A stretch of DNA of 64,000 bases, taken from positions 17,681-81,680 of the forward strand of contig DATJNY010000019.1 of assembly GCA_035507575.1 (NCBI GenBank), read 5' to 3'. Under the pieces are notes generated by a model. It made no database searches. It saw only the letters and a program-made list of their open reading frames with translations, and had not been told where the DNA came from. The DNA comes from Thermoplasmata archaeon (lineage in GTDB: Archaea; Thermoplasmatota; Thermoplasmata; Lutacidiplasmatales; UBA184). A program made the position numbers and the translations under genes. Every line of letters starts with the position of its first letter. Positions within the stretch are counted from its first letter, which is position 1. Below are positions 47,045 to 57,056 of this stretch, piece after piece.

Positions 47045-47860
47045 GTGCGCTTCGGATACGACGGGGCCGGGTTCCGAGGGTGGGCCCGTCAGCCGGGTCA
47101 GCGGACCGTCGAGGGCGAGATCCGCCGCGGTCTGGTGCAGCTCGACGCCATTCGCCCCGCCGATCTCGCAGCGGTGGAAGTCGCCAGCCGTACGGATCGG
47201 GGGGTCAGCGCGCGGGCGAACGCGCTCGTCGTTCCGTCGGAGCTGGACGCCGGGTCCCTGCTCGAGCGGATGAACGCGATCGACCCCGAGATTTTCTTCT
47301 CGGCCACGGTCGAGGTCGACTCGACCTTCCGCGTTCGCGCCGCCCGCCGCCGCATCTACCGGTACTTCGACCCCACTCCGGACCCGGATCTCGCCCGGCG
47401 ACGGGAAGTCGCCGCGTTCTTCGCAGGATCGATCGATGTCCGGTCTCTGGGCCGCGGGATCCCGGGCTCGTCGCCGGTGCGGCGGTGGGTCGAGTCCGTC
47501 ACGGTGCGACCGCTCGGCCGGGGAAGCATGTTCGAGGTCCGCGCCCCCTCGTTCGTCTGGGGGATGGTCCGGAAGATCGTAGGATCGGTGCGCGCGGCCG
47601 AAGCAGGCCGCCTCGACGTCGCGCAGTTGCGCGACGCCCTGGCGGGGCGGGTCCGGCTTTCCCTCCCGATGGCCGAGTCCGATCCGCTCGTCCTCTGGGA
47701 CGTCGAGTATCCGCTGCGCTGGACGGCCCAATGGTCCGGTCGACGTCCGGCACAACTCCGGCACTGGCGAGCGGTCCGGGCGGCCGAATGGGCGCGGGGA
47801 TACGTGCTGCGGTCCCTGGAGGGCGGGTCGCCCCCGCCCCCTCGGGTCAGGGGGCGGTGA
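47045..47860 (+). CDS. truA: tRNA pseudouridine(38-40) synthase
   Basis: GTG start. Conserved motifs FGYDGAGFRGWARQ and catalytic RTDRGVSA are present. Confidence 0.8.
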   Translation: MRFGYDGAGFRGWARQPGQRTVEGEIRRGLVQLDAIRPADLAAVEVASRTDRGVSARANALVVPSELDAGSLLERMNAIDPEIFFSATVEVDSTFRVRAARRRIYRYFDPTPDPDLARRREVAAFFAGSIDVRSLGRGIPGSSPVRRWVESVTVRPLGRGSMFEVRAPSFVWGMVRKIVGSVRAAEAGRLDVAQLRDALAGRVRLSLPMAESDPLVLWDVEYPLRWTAQWSGRRPAQLRHWRAVRAAEWARGYVLRSLEGGSPPPPRVRGR

Positions 47861-49214
47861 GGTTGCCGGCGACGCCCCACACGATGGGATCTCCGTTGAA
47901 AGCCGTGGAGAGCACGTCGCTCGTCGAGAGCCCCGCCGCCCCGACGAAGACCACGCGATCCCCCGCCCCGATGGGCACGTCCGCCACCGTCCATGCCGTC
48001 CCGTTCGCGACGGACGGGTAGCTGTCGAGCCAGACCCCCGTGGAGCTGAGCAGGACCGCGTACCAACCCTGGGGCGGGGCGGGGCAGTTCGAGAGCTCCG
48101 GGTCGGCGGGGCCGCATCCGGCCGCCGCGGGCGCGATCGGCGGCTCGTAGAGCGAGCCGTTCTGGAGCTGCCACCGGACCCAGGACGTTGTCAACGAGGT
48201 CAGGGACACATTGGCCGGCACCGCGGACGTGTAGAAGGATGGTTGGACGGACCACTCCCGATACAATCCGGGAGACGTGGAGTTCCCGGAGAGCGGGGTG
48301 GGCAGAAGCCCTAACTGGTACTCCGAATTATAGCACGAGATCGAACCCTCGAACCACGAATCGCCGTAGCCGCTCGTCGCATTGAGCAGCCAGGTCGTGA
48401 AGTTGAACAAGGGACCATAGTCGCCGGGGAATCCGCAGGACCCGTACGCGACGCTCCACTCCGGGGCTCCGAAGATCTCGGCGGGCAGGAACTCCTGGCC
48501 CGGGAAATAGAGCGCGAAGACGGCGGCCGGGGGGGTGGGCATCTCGATCGGTTGGAGCTCGCCGGGGAACGGCGGTATCGCATTCCAGTTCGCGATCTGC
48601 TGCTGAAGGTGGTGCACCGCGTCGTTCGAGTCGATCTCCTGCCACGGCTGGATGGCGCTGTACGGGTAGGCGTAGAACGGGGAGAGTTGCCGGCAGGGGC
48701 TGTCCGACCCGAGTACGCCGTTCAAGGTGATATTGCCGGCCACCCAGCTCGCGACGAACGTGGGGGTGTACGTCCCGTTGAAGACGAACGTCCACAACGG
48801 TGCCGATCCGCTCGTGTAGACGTCGGACGCCGTCGAATACGGGTACTCGCTTGCGTTCCAGAACGTGAGCGTGCTGACCCCGTTCAGCTGTTGCTCGCAC
48901 GGCGTCCAGTCGTTCGGGGTGAAGAGGGCCCACAGGGCGAGGGGGGGCGACCACGGAGAGTCCGCGGCGGCGCCTTCCGCGAAATCCACGGTCCACGGGT
49001 GCCCGCCGAGGTACGCAAGGTCGCTCGCCACGGCAGTCCACGCGGTGTCGAACGTCGCCCAGCCGGACGGGGGTGGCGGATACGGCGAACCGTTCTGAAA
49101 CAGGCCCACGTTCCCGTACAGGGAAAATCCCGCGACCACCACTACGATCCCGATCGCCACCACGATTCCCAGGATCAGCCCGCGAGGTCGCGGGCGCGGC
49201 AGAGAGGCGGTCAC
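47847..49214 (-). CDS. Hypothetical membrane-anchored extracellular glycoprotein (455 aa)
   Basis: N-terminal TM (LILGIVVAIGIVVVVAGFSL). The ectodomain is Trp/Tyr/Pro-rich with more than 15 N-X-S/T sequons. No enzymatic motif recognised. Confidence 0.5.
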   Translation of the reverse strand: MTASLPRPRPRGLILGIVVAIGIVVVVAGFSLYGNVGLFQNGSPYPPPPSGWATFDTAWTAVASDLAYLGGHPWTVDFAEGAAADSPWSPPLALWALFTPNDWTPCEQQLNGVSTLTFWNASEYPYSTASDVYTSGSAPLWTFVFNGTYTPTFVASWVAGNITLNGVLGSDSPCRQLSPFYAYPYSAIQPWQEIDSNDAVHHLQQQIANWNAIPPFPGELQPIEMPTPPAAVFALYFPGQEFLPAEIFGAPEWSVAYGSCGFPGDYGPLFNFTTWLLNATSGYGDSWFEGSISCYNSEYQLGLLPTPLSGNSTSPGLYREWSVQPSFYTSAVPANVSLTSLTTSWVRWQLQNGSLYEPPIAPAAAGCGPADPELSNCPAPPQGWYAVLLSSTGVWLDSYPSVANGTAWTVADVPIGAGDRVVFVGAAGLSTSDVLSTAFNGDPIVWGVAGNLTAP

Positions 49215-49308
49215 GCGCTTCCTCCGGCGCCGGGTCGAGTCCCAGCGCGCGTATCTCTCCTCGGGTCAGCGCGCACCGGACGCGGCGGGAGCTGCCGGCG
49301 TGCCGGGA

Positions 49309-49755
49309 TCACCCGGGCTTCGGATAGCTGGGAGGCTGCACGAGGGAGAAGAGGTTCCCGTCGGGGTCCTCGAACGTGGCGGCCGTGCCCCACGGCAGGT
49401 CGGCCGGAGGCTGGAAGAACGGCACCCCGCGGCCGTGGAGCTCCGCATAGACCTTCCGGCAGTCCGCGACGCGCACGACGATCGGCGGCATCCGGGCCGG
49501 GGCCCAGTCTTTCGCGCGCGCCTGCTGCTGCGGGTCGACCGGCCCCCCGATCGGGAACAGCGCGAGTTCGAGCTCCTGCCCCTTCGGGCCGACCGAGACC
49601 CAGCGATGGCCCCCGGGGAGGGCGACGTCGGTCTTCGTCTCGAATCCGACCTGGTCCAGGTAGAACGCGAGCGACTTCGCCTGGTCCTTCACGACGAGCG
49701 TCACCTGGGTGATCTTCCCTTCCATCTCCGTTCCCTCGCGCGGAGCCGGCTCCAC
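49309..49755 (-). CDS. VOC (glyoxalase/bleomycin-resistance/dioxygenase) family protein
   Basis: Paired beta-alpha-beta-beta-beta modules (ITQVTLVVKD..., GNLFSLVQ). The start may be the internal Met 49725. Confidence 0.7.
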   Translation of the reverse strand: MEPAPREGTEMEGKITQVTLVVKDQAKSLAFYLDQVGFETKTDVALPGGHRWVSVGPKGQELELALFPIGGPVDPQQQARAKDWAPARMPPIVVRVADCRKVYAELHGRGVPFFQPPADLPWGTAATFEDPDGNLFSLVQPPSYPKPG

Positions 49756-49792
49756 GCCCGGGGGCCGGATATCGGGTCGGATATGTAACGGG

Positions 49793-51376
49793 TCAGACCG
49801 CCCCGAGGGCCCGCTCGACGAGACCTCTCGGGAAATCGACCCCGGGCCGGTCGGCGCGCAGGCGCGCGAAGAGCTCCGCCCGCGCTTCGAAGCACGGGTT
49901 CTCGGGAGCGCGGTGCGAGCGCTCCACCAGGAGCGTGAGCTGGCGGAGGCTTCCCCACGTGCGCGCGACGTGCTTCGCGTCGATCTCCTCGGACTGGGCG
50001 CCGGTCAGGGCGACCCGGGTCGCGATGAAGCGACGGACCTCGGCCGAACCCGAGTGGCCGGCCGCGCGGCCGGCGGCGGCCTCCCAGGCCTTGTGGGACC
50101 GATGGCGCCGCATCACCTCGCGCGCGTCGAGCGCCTGGAGATTGGCGCCCCCCTCCCAGATCGGGGTCACGAGCGCGTCGCGGGCGAGCTTCGCGAGCGG
50201 CTCCTCCTCGAGGTATCCCATCCCGCCTCGGACCTCCATCGCGAGCGCGGTCCCGCGCACCGCCTGCTCGGCGGTGACGAGCTTCGCGATGTGCGTGGTG
50301 AAGCGCATCACCTGGGCGTCGGGCGAGTACGGCGGCATCTCGCCGGCGCTCTTCGCGAGCGAGAAGACCGCATCGAAGGCGAGGAGCGACGCCGCATCCG
50401 ACTCGGTGGCGAGGGTCGCGACGTCGAGGGCGAGGAGCGGGTGCTCGATCAACGGCTTCCCGAACGCCTGCCGCCGCCGCGCGAAGGCGATCGACCATTC
50501 GGACGCCCGCTGGAGCACTCCCGCGGACCCGACGGCGTTCGCGACGCGCGAGACGTTGAGCATCTCCATCGCCGGCAGGACGCCCGCACTCTCGGGGCCG
50601 AGGGCGTACGCCTCCGCCCGATCGAACCCGACCTCGCCGGTCGGGACCGCGATCGTGCCCAGTTTCTCCTTCAGGCGTCGCACGCGCCAGTTCGGCGTCC
50701 CGTCGGCGCGCCGCGCCGGGACGAAGAAGAGACGGATCCCGTGGATCCCCTCGGAGGCGCCGTCCGGGCGCGCGGTGACGACCGCACACGAGGCGCCGAC
50801 GTTGCTGCAGAAGAACTTCTCCCCGCTGAGCGCCCATCGCCCCTGGGCGATCGGCGTGGCGTGCGTCGCGTTCGCGCCGAGGTCCGAGCCCCCCTGCTCC
50901 TCGGTCGCCCACGTGGCCCCCTGCGCCCGGCCCCGCGTCGCGACGAGCTCGGTCAGGTACCGCTCCCGCAGGTCCGACGAGCCCCATTTCGCGAGGGCGT
51001 AGACCGTGGCCAGCGTGACGGTAGACGAGCAGAGGAACCCGATCTCCGCCGCCTCGTGCATCAGGGCGAACGCCACCGGCCAGTCGCGCGCCGAGCGCGT
51101 CGGCCCGAGCGCGAGCCCGCTCGCGTAGAGGCGGTCGAGCATCCGCCGGTGGGACGCCGAGAGCCGGACCTCGGGGACGCCGGACGCCCCCCGCGAGGGG
51201 GCCCGGAGCCCCGGCCGGGCGGACCGGTCGATCTCGACCGCGGCCGGCTCGAGCTCCTCCCGGCAGAATCGGCCGAACTCCGCGATCGCGCGACCTTCCT
51301 CCGCGCTGAGCGGGCGATCGGCGATCCGGAACGCCTCCCGCACGATGCTCGGTGGCAGCGCCCCCGGGACGGCCAT
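49793..51376 (-). CDS. Acyl-CoA dehydrogenase family protein (AidB-like)
   Basis: ACAD middle and C-terminal domain patterns (WATEEQGGSDLGA, EVRGGMGYLEE). Confidence 0.75.
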   Translation of the reverse strand: MAVPGALPPSIVREAFRIADRPLSAEEGRAIAEFGRFCREELEPAAVEIDRSARPGLRAPSRGASGVPEVRLSASHRRMLDRLYASGLALGPTRSARDWPVAFALMHEAAEIGFLCSSTVTLATVYALAKWGSSDLRERYLTELVATRGRAQGATWATEEQGGSDLGANATHATPIAQGRWALSGEKFFCSNVGASCAVVTARPDGASEGIHGIRLFFVPARRADGTPNWRVRRLKEKLGTIAVPTGEVGFDRAEAYALGPESAGVLPAMEMLNVSRVANAVGSAGVLQRASEWSIAFARRRQAFGKPLIEHPLLALDVATLATESDAASLLAFDAVFSLAKSAGEMPPYSPDAQVMRFTTHIAKLVTAEQAVRGTALAMEVRGGMGYLEEEPLAKLARDALVTPIWEGGANLQALDAREVMRRHRSHKAWEAAAGRAAGHSGSAEVRRFIATRVALTGAQSEEIDAKHVARTWGSLRQLTLLVERSHRAPENPCFEARAELFARLRADRPGVDFPRGLVERALGAV

Positions 51377-51452
51377 CCCGGAGGTCGAGGAGGGGTCCCC
51401 TATCTATCGTGTGCGAGACCGGCCTTAAGGGGCGCCCCGGGATTCGCGGGAC

Positions 51453-52004
51453 GTGGTATCGATCGACCCGGTGACCTTCGCCGCCCTGGTCGGCACCTGG
51501 GTCCTCGTTGTCGGGACGCTCGGGTTCGCCTACTGGCAGCTCCGGCAGACCCAACGGCTCCATTCGGCGTCGACGGTCCTCGACCTGAGAGAGCGGTTCT
51601 TCGGTCCCCGTATGCAGGAGGCCCGGCGCGAGCTGAGCACCTGGCTGCTCCGGACGGACCGGGGCGAGGAGGTCGACAACTGGGAGGTCGGGATCTTCTT
51701 CGAGCTGCTCGGGTCGCTGACGCGGGAGGGGGTGCTCGAGCGCCGGATGGTCTGGGAGGCGTTCGGCACCTGGGTCACCGCGTACTACGTCTTCTCCCGG
51801 GAGCCGGTGAACCTCTTCGAGCGGTGGCGGCAGGAGAGTCGCGACCCGCTGATCTTTGCCAACTTCGAGTGGCTGGCGCAGCAATGCCAGGAGCTCGACC
51901 GACGGGCCACGCACGGCGCGATCCCGCCGCGCGCCGCGACGGAGGATGCGCGGGACGTGCTGAGCGGCGAGGCCCGTCTCGCCCCGGCGCCGCGGCCTGC
52001 GTGA
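51453..52004 (+). CDS. Hypothetical protein with N-terminal TM helix (183 aa)
   Basis: An ORF with an ATG start, a single N-terminal TM and a Trp-rich soluble domain. Confidence 0.45.
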   Translation: MVSIDPVTFAALVGTWVLVVGTLGFAYWQLRQTQRLHSASTVLDLRERFFGPRMQEARRELSTWLLRTDRGEEVDNWEVGIFFELLGSLTREGVLERRMVWEAFGTWVTAYYVFSREPVNLFERWRQESRDPLIFANFEWLAQQCQELDRRATHGAIPPRAATEDARDVLSGEARLAPAPRPA

Positions 52005-52017
52005 GCCCCGCGGGCGG

Positions 52018-52617
52018 CTACGCCGTCTTCTCCGAGGCGAGCGGCGCAGGCGGCGCGGCGAGCTTCTGCTGCCAGAGGTGGTAGACCGCGGCGCTGCGTC
52101 CGACCAGGAGGCCCGTCGAGAAACCCCACAGCGCGTCGACCGAGAACAGGAGCGCGAGGGCGACGGTCGAGACGCCGAGGAACATCGACGCCGTCGGGAA
52201 GGAGAACGGCGACTCGTTCAGGATCGCGGTCTCGATGCCCGTCCGCACGAAGAACAGGACGACGTAGATCACCGGCAGGAGCGGGCTCAGCCGGTAGCTC
52301 CACTGCGACTCCCCGTCGGCCTGGTAGAGGTGGACGTTCCGGGCCGTGTACCGGTAGGCGACCACAAATCCGACCGCGACGAGCGCCGCGTCGGCGGCGA
52401 ACGAGGCGAACGTGAGCGTCGCGAGGCTCGTGCCGACCGCCGTGACGCCGATCGTGGCGAGCGTGATCCCGTAGAGCAGCACGTACAGGATCGGGATCGC
52501 GACGAGCCGCCCCGTCGTGACGGGAGCGCCGTGCGTCAACCGCCACGAACGGCGAAGGATGATCAGCCCGAGGATGACGACGAAGAGATACCCCGCCACC
52601 TCCGACTGCGAGATCAT
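52018..52617 (-). CDS. Integral membrane protein (about 6 TM), function unknown
   Basis: Strong hydrophobic periodicity, and stop-start spacing consistent with neighbouring genes. Confidence 0.55.
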   Translation of the reverse strand: MISQSEVAGYLFVVILGLIILRRSWRLTHGAPVTTGRLVAIPILYVLLYGITLATIGVTAVGTSLATLTFASFAADAALVAVGFVVAYRYTARNVHLYQADGESQWSYRLSPLLPVIYVVLFFVRTGIETAILNESPFSFPTASMFLGVSTVALALLFSVDALWGFSTGLLVGRSAAVYHLWQQKLAAPPAPLASEKTA

Positions 52618-52674
52618 GAGAGTCCTCGGACGCCGCTCCGATCGCGACGGACGCCCCGTTCGGTCGGGGGTATT

Positions 52675-53979
52675 TCAGCCCACCCGTTCCCACCGCTCGA
52701 GCTTCTGAACGGTGCCGAGCGTCGAGCCCCGCTGGATCTCCTCGCGGACCCGGTTCTCGTGTTCGAGGACGTCGAGCGCCCGGTTCGCGATCTCTTGCGC
52801 CCGCTCGCGGGGGACGACGACGACGCCCGAGAGATCCCCGACGATCCAATCCCCCGGCCGGACGCGCTGCCCGCCGACGGTCACCTCGACGCCGATCTCG
52901 CCGTGCCCCTTTGGCTCGCCGGCGTCGGAACTGACGTGGCGGCTGAACACCGGGAAGCCGAGCTCGAGGATCGCGTCGAGGTCGCGGGCGGCCCCGTCGA
53001 TGACGACCGCCGCGACGCCCCGGCCGTGGGCGCTCCAGCTCGCGAGCTCGCCCCAGAGGCCGGTCGGTCCCCCGCCGGCGTCGACCACGATGACGTCCCC
53101 CGAGCCGGCCCGGTCGATCGCCTCGACGGGCTTCGCCCAATCGCCGTCGCGGGTCAGCACCGTGACCGCGGGGCCGGCGACGCGCACGGTCCGGTCCTTC
53201 AAGTGCGGGACGATCCCGTGCATCGCGCCCTTCCGCTGGAGGGCGTCCGTGACGTTCGGGCTCGAGACCCGGAGGAACGCCGCCCGGATCTCGTCCCCGC
53301 CGTACCGGCGGAAATGCTCCGTGGCGACCCCCCGCCGGGTCGCGATCGCCTCGCGGATCCGCCGGGTCGCCTCCGCGATCTGCGGGCTCTTCGTGATCGC
53401 GCCGCCGACGATCAGGATCTGGGCTCCGGCTTCCACCGCTTCCGCGACGGTCTCCGAGTTCAGCCCGCCCGCCACCGCGACCGGGACCGGGGACGCCTTC
53501 GCGATCTCGGCGAGCACGGCGAACGGCGTCTTCGCCTGCATCTGCATGTCGATCCCGACGTGCCAGCAGACCGCCGCCGCCCCGAGTTCGGCGGCGCGCC
53601 GGGCCCGGGCGACCGGATCGGGGACCCCAAGGAGATCGACGACGATCTCCGCCCCGTAGAGCTCGCCGCCGCGAACGCCGTCGGCGATCGTATCGTCGTC
53701 CGCCGCCCCGAGGATCGTGACGAGGTCGGCGCCCGCCTTCGCCGCGATCTCGACCTCGAAGGCACCGGTGTCCATCACCTTCATGTCGGCGACGATCCGC
53801 TTGTCCGGGAACGCCTTCTTCAACTCCCGCACCGCGTCGAGCCCCTCGGACTTGATCAGGGGGGTCCCGGCTTCGACCCAGTCCGCGCCGCCCTCCACGG
53901 CCTCCCGGGCCGCGGGGAGCGCGCGGGAGAGGTTTTCGAAGTCGAGGGCGACCTGCAGGACCGGCCGCTCGAGGCGCAT
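52675..53979 (-). CDS. Bifunctional 3-hexulose-6-phosphate synthase (OMPDC-fold) / RraA-like (MenG/RraA family) fusion protein
   Basis: N-terminal HPS motifs (VLQVALDF, DWVEAGTPLI, IVADMKVMD, AGADLVT), then an RraA-like domain (GDVIVVDAGGG, AAVVIDGAARD). Start is ATG 53979. Confidence 0.75.
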   Translation of the reverse strand: MRLERPVLQVALDFENLSRALPAAREAVEGGADWVEAGTPLIKSEGLDAVRELKKAFPDKRIVADMKVMDTGAFEVEIAAKAGADLVTILGAADDDTIADGVRGGELYGAEIVVDLLGVPDPVARARRAAELGAAAVCWHVGIDMQMQAKTPFAVLAEIAKASPVPVAVAGGLNSETVAEAVEAGAQILIVGGAITKSPQIAEATRRIREAIATRRGVATEHFRRYGGDEIRAAFLRVSSPNVTDALQRKGAMHGIVPHLKDRTVRVAGPAVTVLTRDGDWAKPVEAIDRAGSGDVIVVDAGGGPTGLWGELASWSAHGRGVAAVVIDGAARDLDAILELGFPVFSRHVSSDAGEPKGHGEIGVEVTVGGQRVRPGDWIVGDLSGVVVVPRERAQEIANRALDVLEHENRVREEIQRGSTLGTVQKLERWERVG

Positions 53980-54009
53980 GCCGCGCCGAGCGGGCCGGCC
54001 GTAATAACC

Positions 54010-54924
54010 ATGCCACACGGCGGCTCACCGAACGGGATGCCGGCGCCCGCCACGGGAGGGGTTCGGCTGATCCACGGCGACGCGCGCCGCCTCGCGGGGG
54101 TCGATGACGCGTCGGTCCACCTCGTCGTCACCTCCCCGCCGTACCCGATGATCCCTCAGTGGGATGGCCTGTTCCGGACGCTCGGCGCGACGCGCTACGC
54201 CGGCATGCTCCGCGTCCTCTCCGACGCCTGGCGGGCCTGCTACCGCGCACTCGTCCCGGGCGGGATCCTGGCGGTGAACATCGGGGATGCCCTGCGCACC
54301 CGTGCGGGAGAGTTCCGTCTCTGGCCGAACGCCGCCCACACGCTCGCCGACGCGGAACGGATCGGGTTCCGGCCGCTGCCGTACGTGCTATGGAAGAAGC
54401 CGACCAACAAGCCGAACGCCTTCCTCGGCTCGGGATTCGTCCCGCCGAACGCCTACGTCACGCTCGATTGCGAGTACGTGCTCCTGTTCCGGAAGGGCGC
54501 CCTGCGGCGCCTGCCGCCCCACGATCCGGCGCGCGCGGCGAGCCGGTTCTCCCGCGCGGAGCGCGACCGGTGGTTCAGCCAGATCTGGACGGACGTGCGC
54601 GGGGTGCGACAGGCGACGTCCCGAGGCCGCAGCGCCGCGTTCCCGCCGGAGATCCCGGAGCGACTCATCCGGATGTTCTCGCTCGTGGGGGAGACGGTGC
54701 TCGACCCGTTCGCCGGAACGGGCACCACACTCGCCGCCGCCGCGCGCTGGGGCCGGAACGCGATCGGGGTCGAATGGGACCTCCCGACGTTCCGCGCGCT
54801 CGCGTCGGCGGGCCGCGCCCGGGGCTGGACGGTGATCACTCCGCGGGCGGGAGCGGCGGACGGGCCCGGTGCGCCACCTCGTCGTCGACGGCCTGCTTCA
54901 GGTACTGGAGCGCGGACGGGCTGA
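54010..54924 (+). CDS. DNA methyltransferase (N6-adenine/N4-cytosine, beta-class) with no restriction endonuclease recognised beside it
   Basis: Catalytic motif IV SPPY (HLVVTSPPYP) precedes the SAM-binding motif I (DPFAGTGTT). Start is ATG 54010; the upstream portion of ORF 52078.. is antisense junk. Confidence 0.75.
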   Translation: MPHGGSPNGMPAPATGGVRLIHGDARRLAGVDDASVHLVVTSPPYPMIPQWDGLFRTLGATRYAGMLRVLSDAWRACYRALVPGGILAVNIGDALRTRAGEFRLWPNAAHTLADAERIGFRPLPYVLWKKPTNKPNAFLGSGFVPPNAYVTLDCEYVLLFRKGALRRLPPHDPARAASRFSRAERDRWFSQIWTDVRGVRQATSRGRSAAFPPEIPERLIRMFSLVGETVLDPFAGTGTTLAAAARWGRNAIGVEWDLPTFRALASAGRARGWTVITPRAGAADGPGAPPRRRRPASGTGARTG

Positions 54925-55399
54925 GCCGATCCAGGTGCAGCAGGAGATAGTGCAGGTACAGGCGCTCCGGCCGGTGGGAGGGTCCGGGCGCGCGCGGGGG
55001 GTTTCCCGGTGCCGACTCGACCTCGGCCCGGTGGCGTTCGAGCGTCTCCGCGTGGTGCTCGTGCTCCGTGCCGTGGTACGAACGGCCGACCGGTCCGACG
55101 AGCGGAGGATACACGTGCCCCACGGGATCGTACGGGGCCGGTTCGACGACCGCGCGGCGCGGCGGCGACGCCCACGGGGGGCGCTCCCGTTCGGGGGCGG
55201 ACGGGAGCTTGCCTTCGAGGTACGGGTGGACGGGCCGGTCGGGGTCCTGGAGCTCGCCGATCGGGCGTCCCGCCACGTCCTCGACGATCGACTTCAGGTT
55301 CCAGCTGGTCTTGCGTCGCGGAGGGCGGTCGGAGCTCGCTTCGGCCTCCACGTCCGACGCTCCCGACGGGGACTCATAAACCTGTGTTTGGAGCGGCAC
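54836..55399 (-). CDS. Hypothetical protein (187 aa), His/Pro-rich
   Basis: It overlaps both the ATPase stop (26 nt) and the convergent methyltransferase 3' end (89 nt), so its reality is uncertain. Confidence 0.3.
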   Translation of the reverse strand: MPLQTQVYESPSGASDVEAEASSDRPPRRKTSWNLKSIVEDVAGRPIGELQDPDRPVHPYLEGKLPSAPERERPPWASPPRRAVVEPAPYDPVGHVYPPLVGPVGRSYHGTEHEHHAETLERHRAEVESAPGNPPRAPGPSHRPERLYLHYLLLHLDRLSPSALQYLKQAVDDEVAHRARPPLPPAE

Positions 55400-57056
55400 C
55401 CGGCGCCCCGCCGGACGCCCCGAGCCGTTCGGTCAGGAAGGCGACTTCCTCCGACGCCGCGACGATCGCGAGCGGGAGGTGGAGCTCCCCGATGCGCCAG
55501 AGGGATTCCGAGTACCCCGTCTCTCGCGGCAGGCGCGCCTTCGGGAGCCAATCGGCCTCCGCCGCCGTGAGCCCGAAGAACTCCCGGGTCGCCCGCGAGA
55601 CCTCGGGAAGGCGGAGGAACGCCGTCGCCCGAAGGTTCCGCAGGGTCGCCCGGCCCTCCTCGGTGGCGAGGAAGTCGTCGGGCGCCTGACTCAGCAGCAG
55701 GATTCCCGCATCGAAGTGGCGCACGTGCCGGACGATCCGGTCCAGGAACTCGGCGATCGCCGGGGAGCGCACGAGGAGGTGCGCCTCGTCGAGGACGAGG
55801 AGCTTCGCTCCGGGCCGCGCCCGCATTCGGCCGTACGCCCAGTCGAGGAGGTACGCGAGATGGAACGCGAGCTGGTCCGCGGGCACTCCGCGAAAGTCGA
55901 CCGCCACCGGTCCGGCGGCCGTGGAGAGGGTTGTGGGGCCGTTGACGCTGGAGAGCGAGCCCGAGCGAAACACGTCCAGCAGCGTCGGGAGTCGCCCCGC
56001 GCCCGCCCTTCCGTCGTCCACCTCGGTCAGCAGGTCCTCGAACGTCGGGACCTCGGGGCCTCGGGTGTAGAGCCGGGAGATCGCGGCGTCGAGGGTCGCC
56101 GCTTCCCCGTCGTCCAGGCTCGGGAAGAGCGCGCGCAGCATCGACGCGACGCGCGCCGCCTTCTCCCGTCGGTCGCCGCCCGTCGTGATCGGGTCGAGCG
56201 GATTCAGCCGCCCCGTCCCTCCGTCCCCGACCGTCACCACGGACCCTCCCAGAGACCGCACGAGCGGGCCGAACTCTCCCAGCGGATCGAGGATCGTCAT
56301 CTCGACGTTCGGTCGGGTCCATCGGGTGCGCAGGAGGTACAGCGCCGCCGCGAACGTCTTGCCCGCCCCGGTCGTGCCGAAGATCCCCCAGGAGTAGCTC
56401 GGGTGCTCCCACCGATTGAGGAACACCGGGCTCGCGTCGGAGAGCGCCAGCCCGACCAGGATGCCGCCCGGCTCGACCACGCTCTCGTCGCCGAAGGGGT
56501 AGAGCGCCGCGACGCCATCGGTCGGCAGCGTGTGCCAGTACCCGACGGGCCGGGGCTCGGTGCCGGTGAGATCGGGCGGAGCCAGGGCGGCCCGGACCTC
56601 GTAGCGCGGGATCCGCGGACGAAAACCGAAGCCCGAGAGTCGCTCGGCGAGGCGGGCCCGGACCGCCTCGACCCGTGGGCGGGAGGCCGCCGTCGCGACG
56701 AACCGCACCCCGACGCGCCAGAGCTCCTGGGTCCGTCGCGCCACGGCCCGTCCGAAATCCTCGGCCGAGGTCCGCTCGACCTCGAGCTCTGAGGTACGGA
56801 CGCCACCCCCCGACGCGATCTCCGCCTCGGCCACCGTTCGGGCGCCGTGGAGGATCTCGAGCGCCCGCTCCGGCGGGAGGCGATGGAATTCGAGGAACAG
56901 GTCGACCGGCTCGGTCGTCGGCACGGCCCGACCGAGGAATCCGAACGGGAGCTCGGGCGGGAACTGGGCGACGAGCAACGGCGCCGAGTACGCTCCTCCC
57001 GACCGGCGCCACGTCGCCCCCTCTTCCACGCCGGCCCGGGGCGCTTGGCCGGTCAT
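55374..57056 (-). CDS. VirB4/TrbE/HerA-FtsK-like (DUF87-type) DNA-transfer ATPase
   Basis: Walker A GIFGTTGAGKTFAA, Walker B KLLVLDEAHLL and a downstream LLLSQAP motif. Start is ATG 57056, with an ATGA overlap to the upstream gene. Confidence 0.75.
   Translation of the reverse strand: MTGQAPRAGVEEGATWRRSGGAYSAPLLVAQFPPELPFGFLGRAVPTTEPVDLFLEFHRLPPERALEILHGARTVAEAEIASGGGVRTSELEVERTSAEDFGRAVARRTQELWRVGVRFVATAASRPRVEAVRARLAERLSGFGFRPRIPRYEVRAALAPPDLTGTEPRPVGYWHTLPTDGVAALYPFGDESVVEPGGILVGLALSDASPVFLNRWEHPSYSWGIFGTTGAGKTFAAALYLLRTRWTRPNVEMTILDPLGEFGPLVRSLGGSVVTVGDGGTGRLNPLDPITTGGDRREKAARVASMLRALFPSLDDGEAATLDAAISRLYTRGPEVPTFEDLLTEVDDGRAGAGRLPTLLDVFRSGSLSSVNGPTTLSTAAGPVAVDFRGVPADQLAFHLAYLLDWAYGRMRARPGAKLLVLDEAHLLVRSPAIAEFLDRIVRHVRHFDAGILLLSQAPDDFLATEEGRATLRNLRATAFLRLPEVSRATREFFGLTAAEADWLPKARLPRETGYSESLWRIGELHLPLAIVAASEEVAFLTERLGASGGAPGAAPNTGL

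Noticed and set aside
49701-54028. 700-950-aa ORFs (49701..51914-, 49709..52084+, 51785..54028-, 52078..54009+) overlapping the ACAD, HPS-RraA and neighbouring genes
   Set aside because: GC-rich frame artefacts. Only the C-terminal 305 codons of 52078..54924 (the methyltransferase) carry real motifs.
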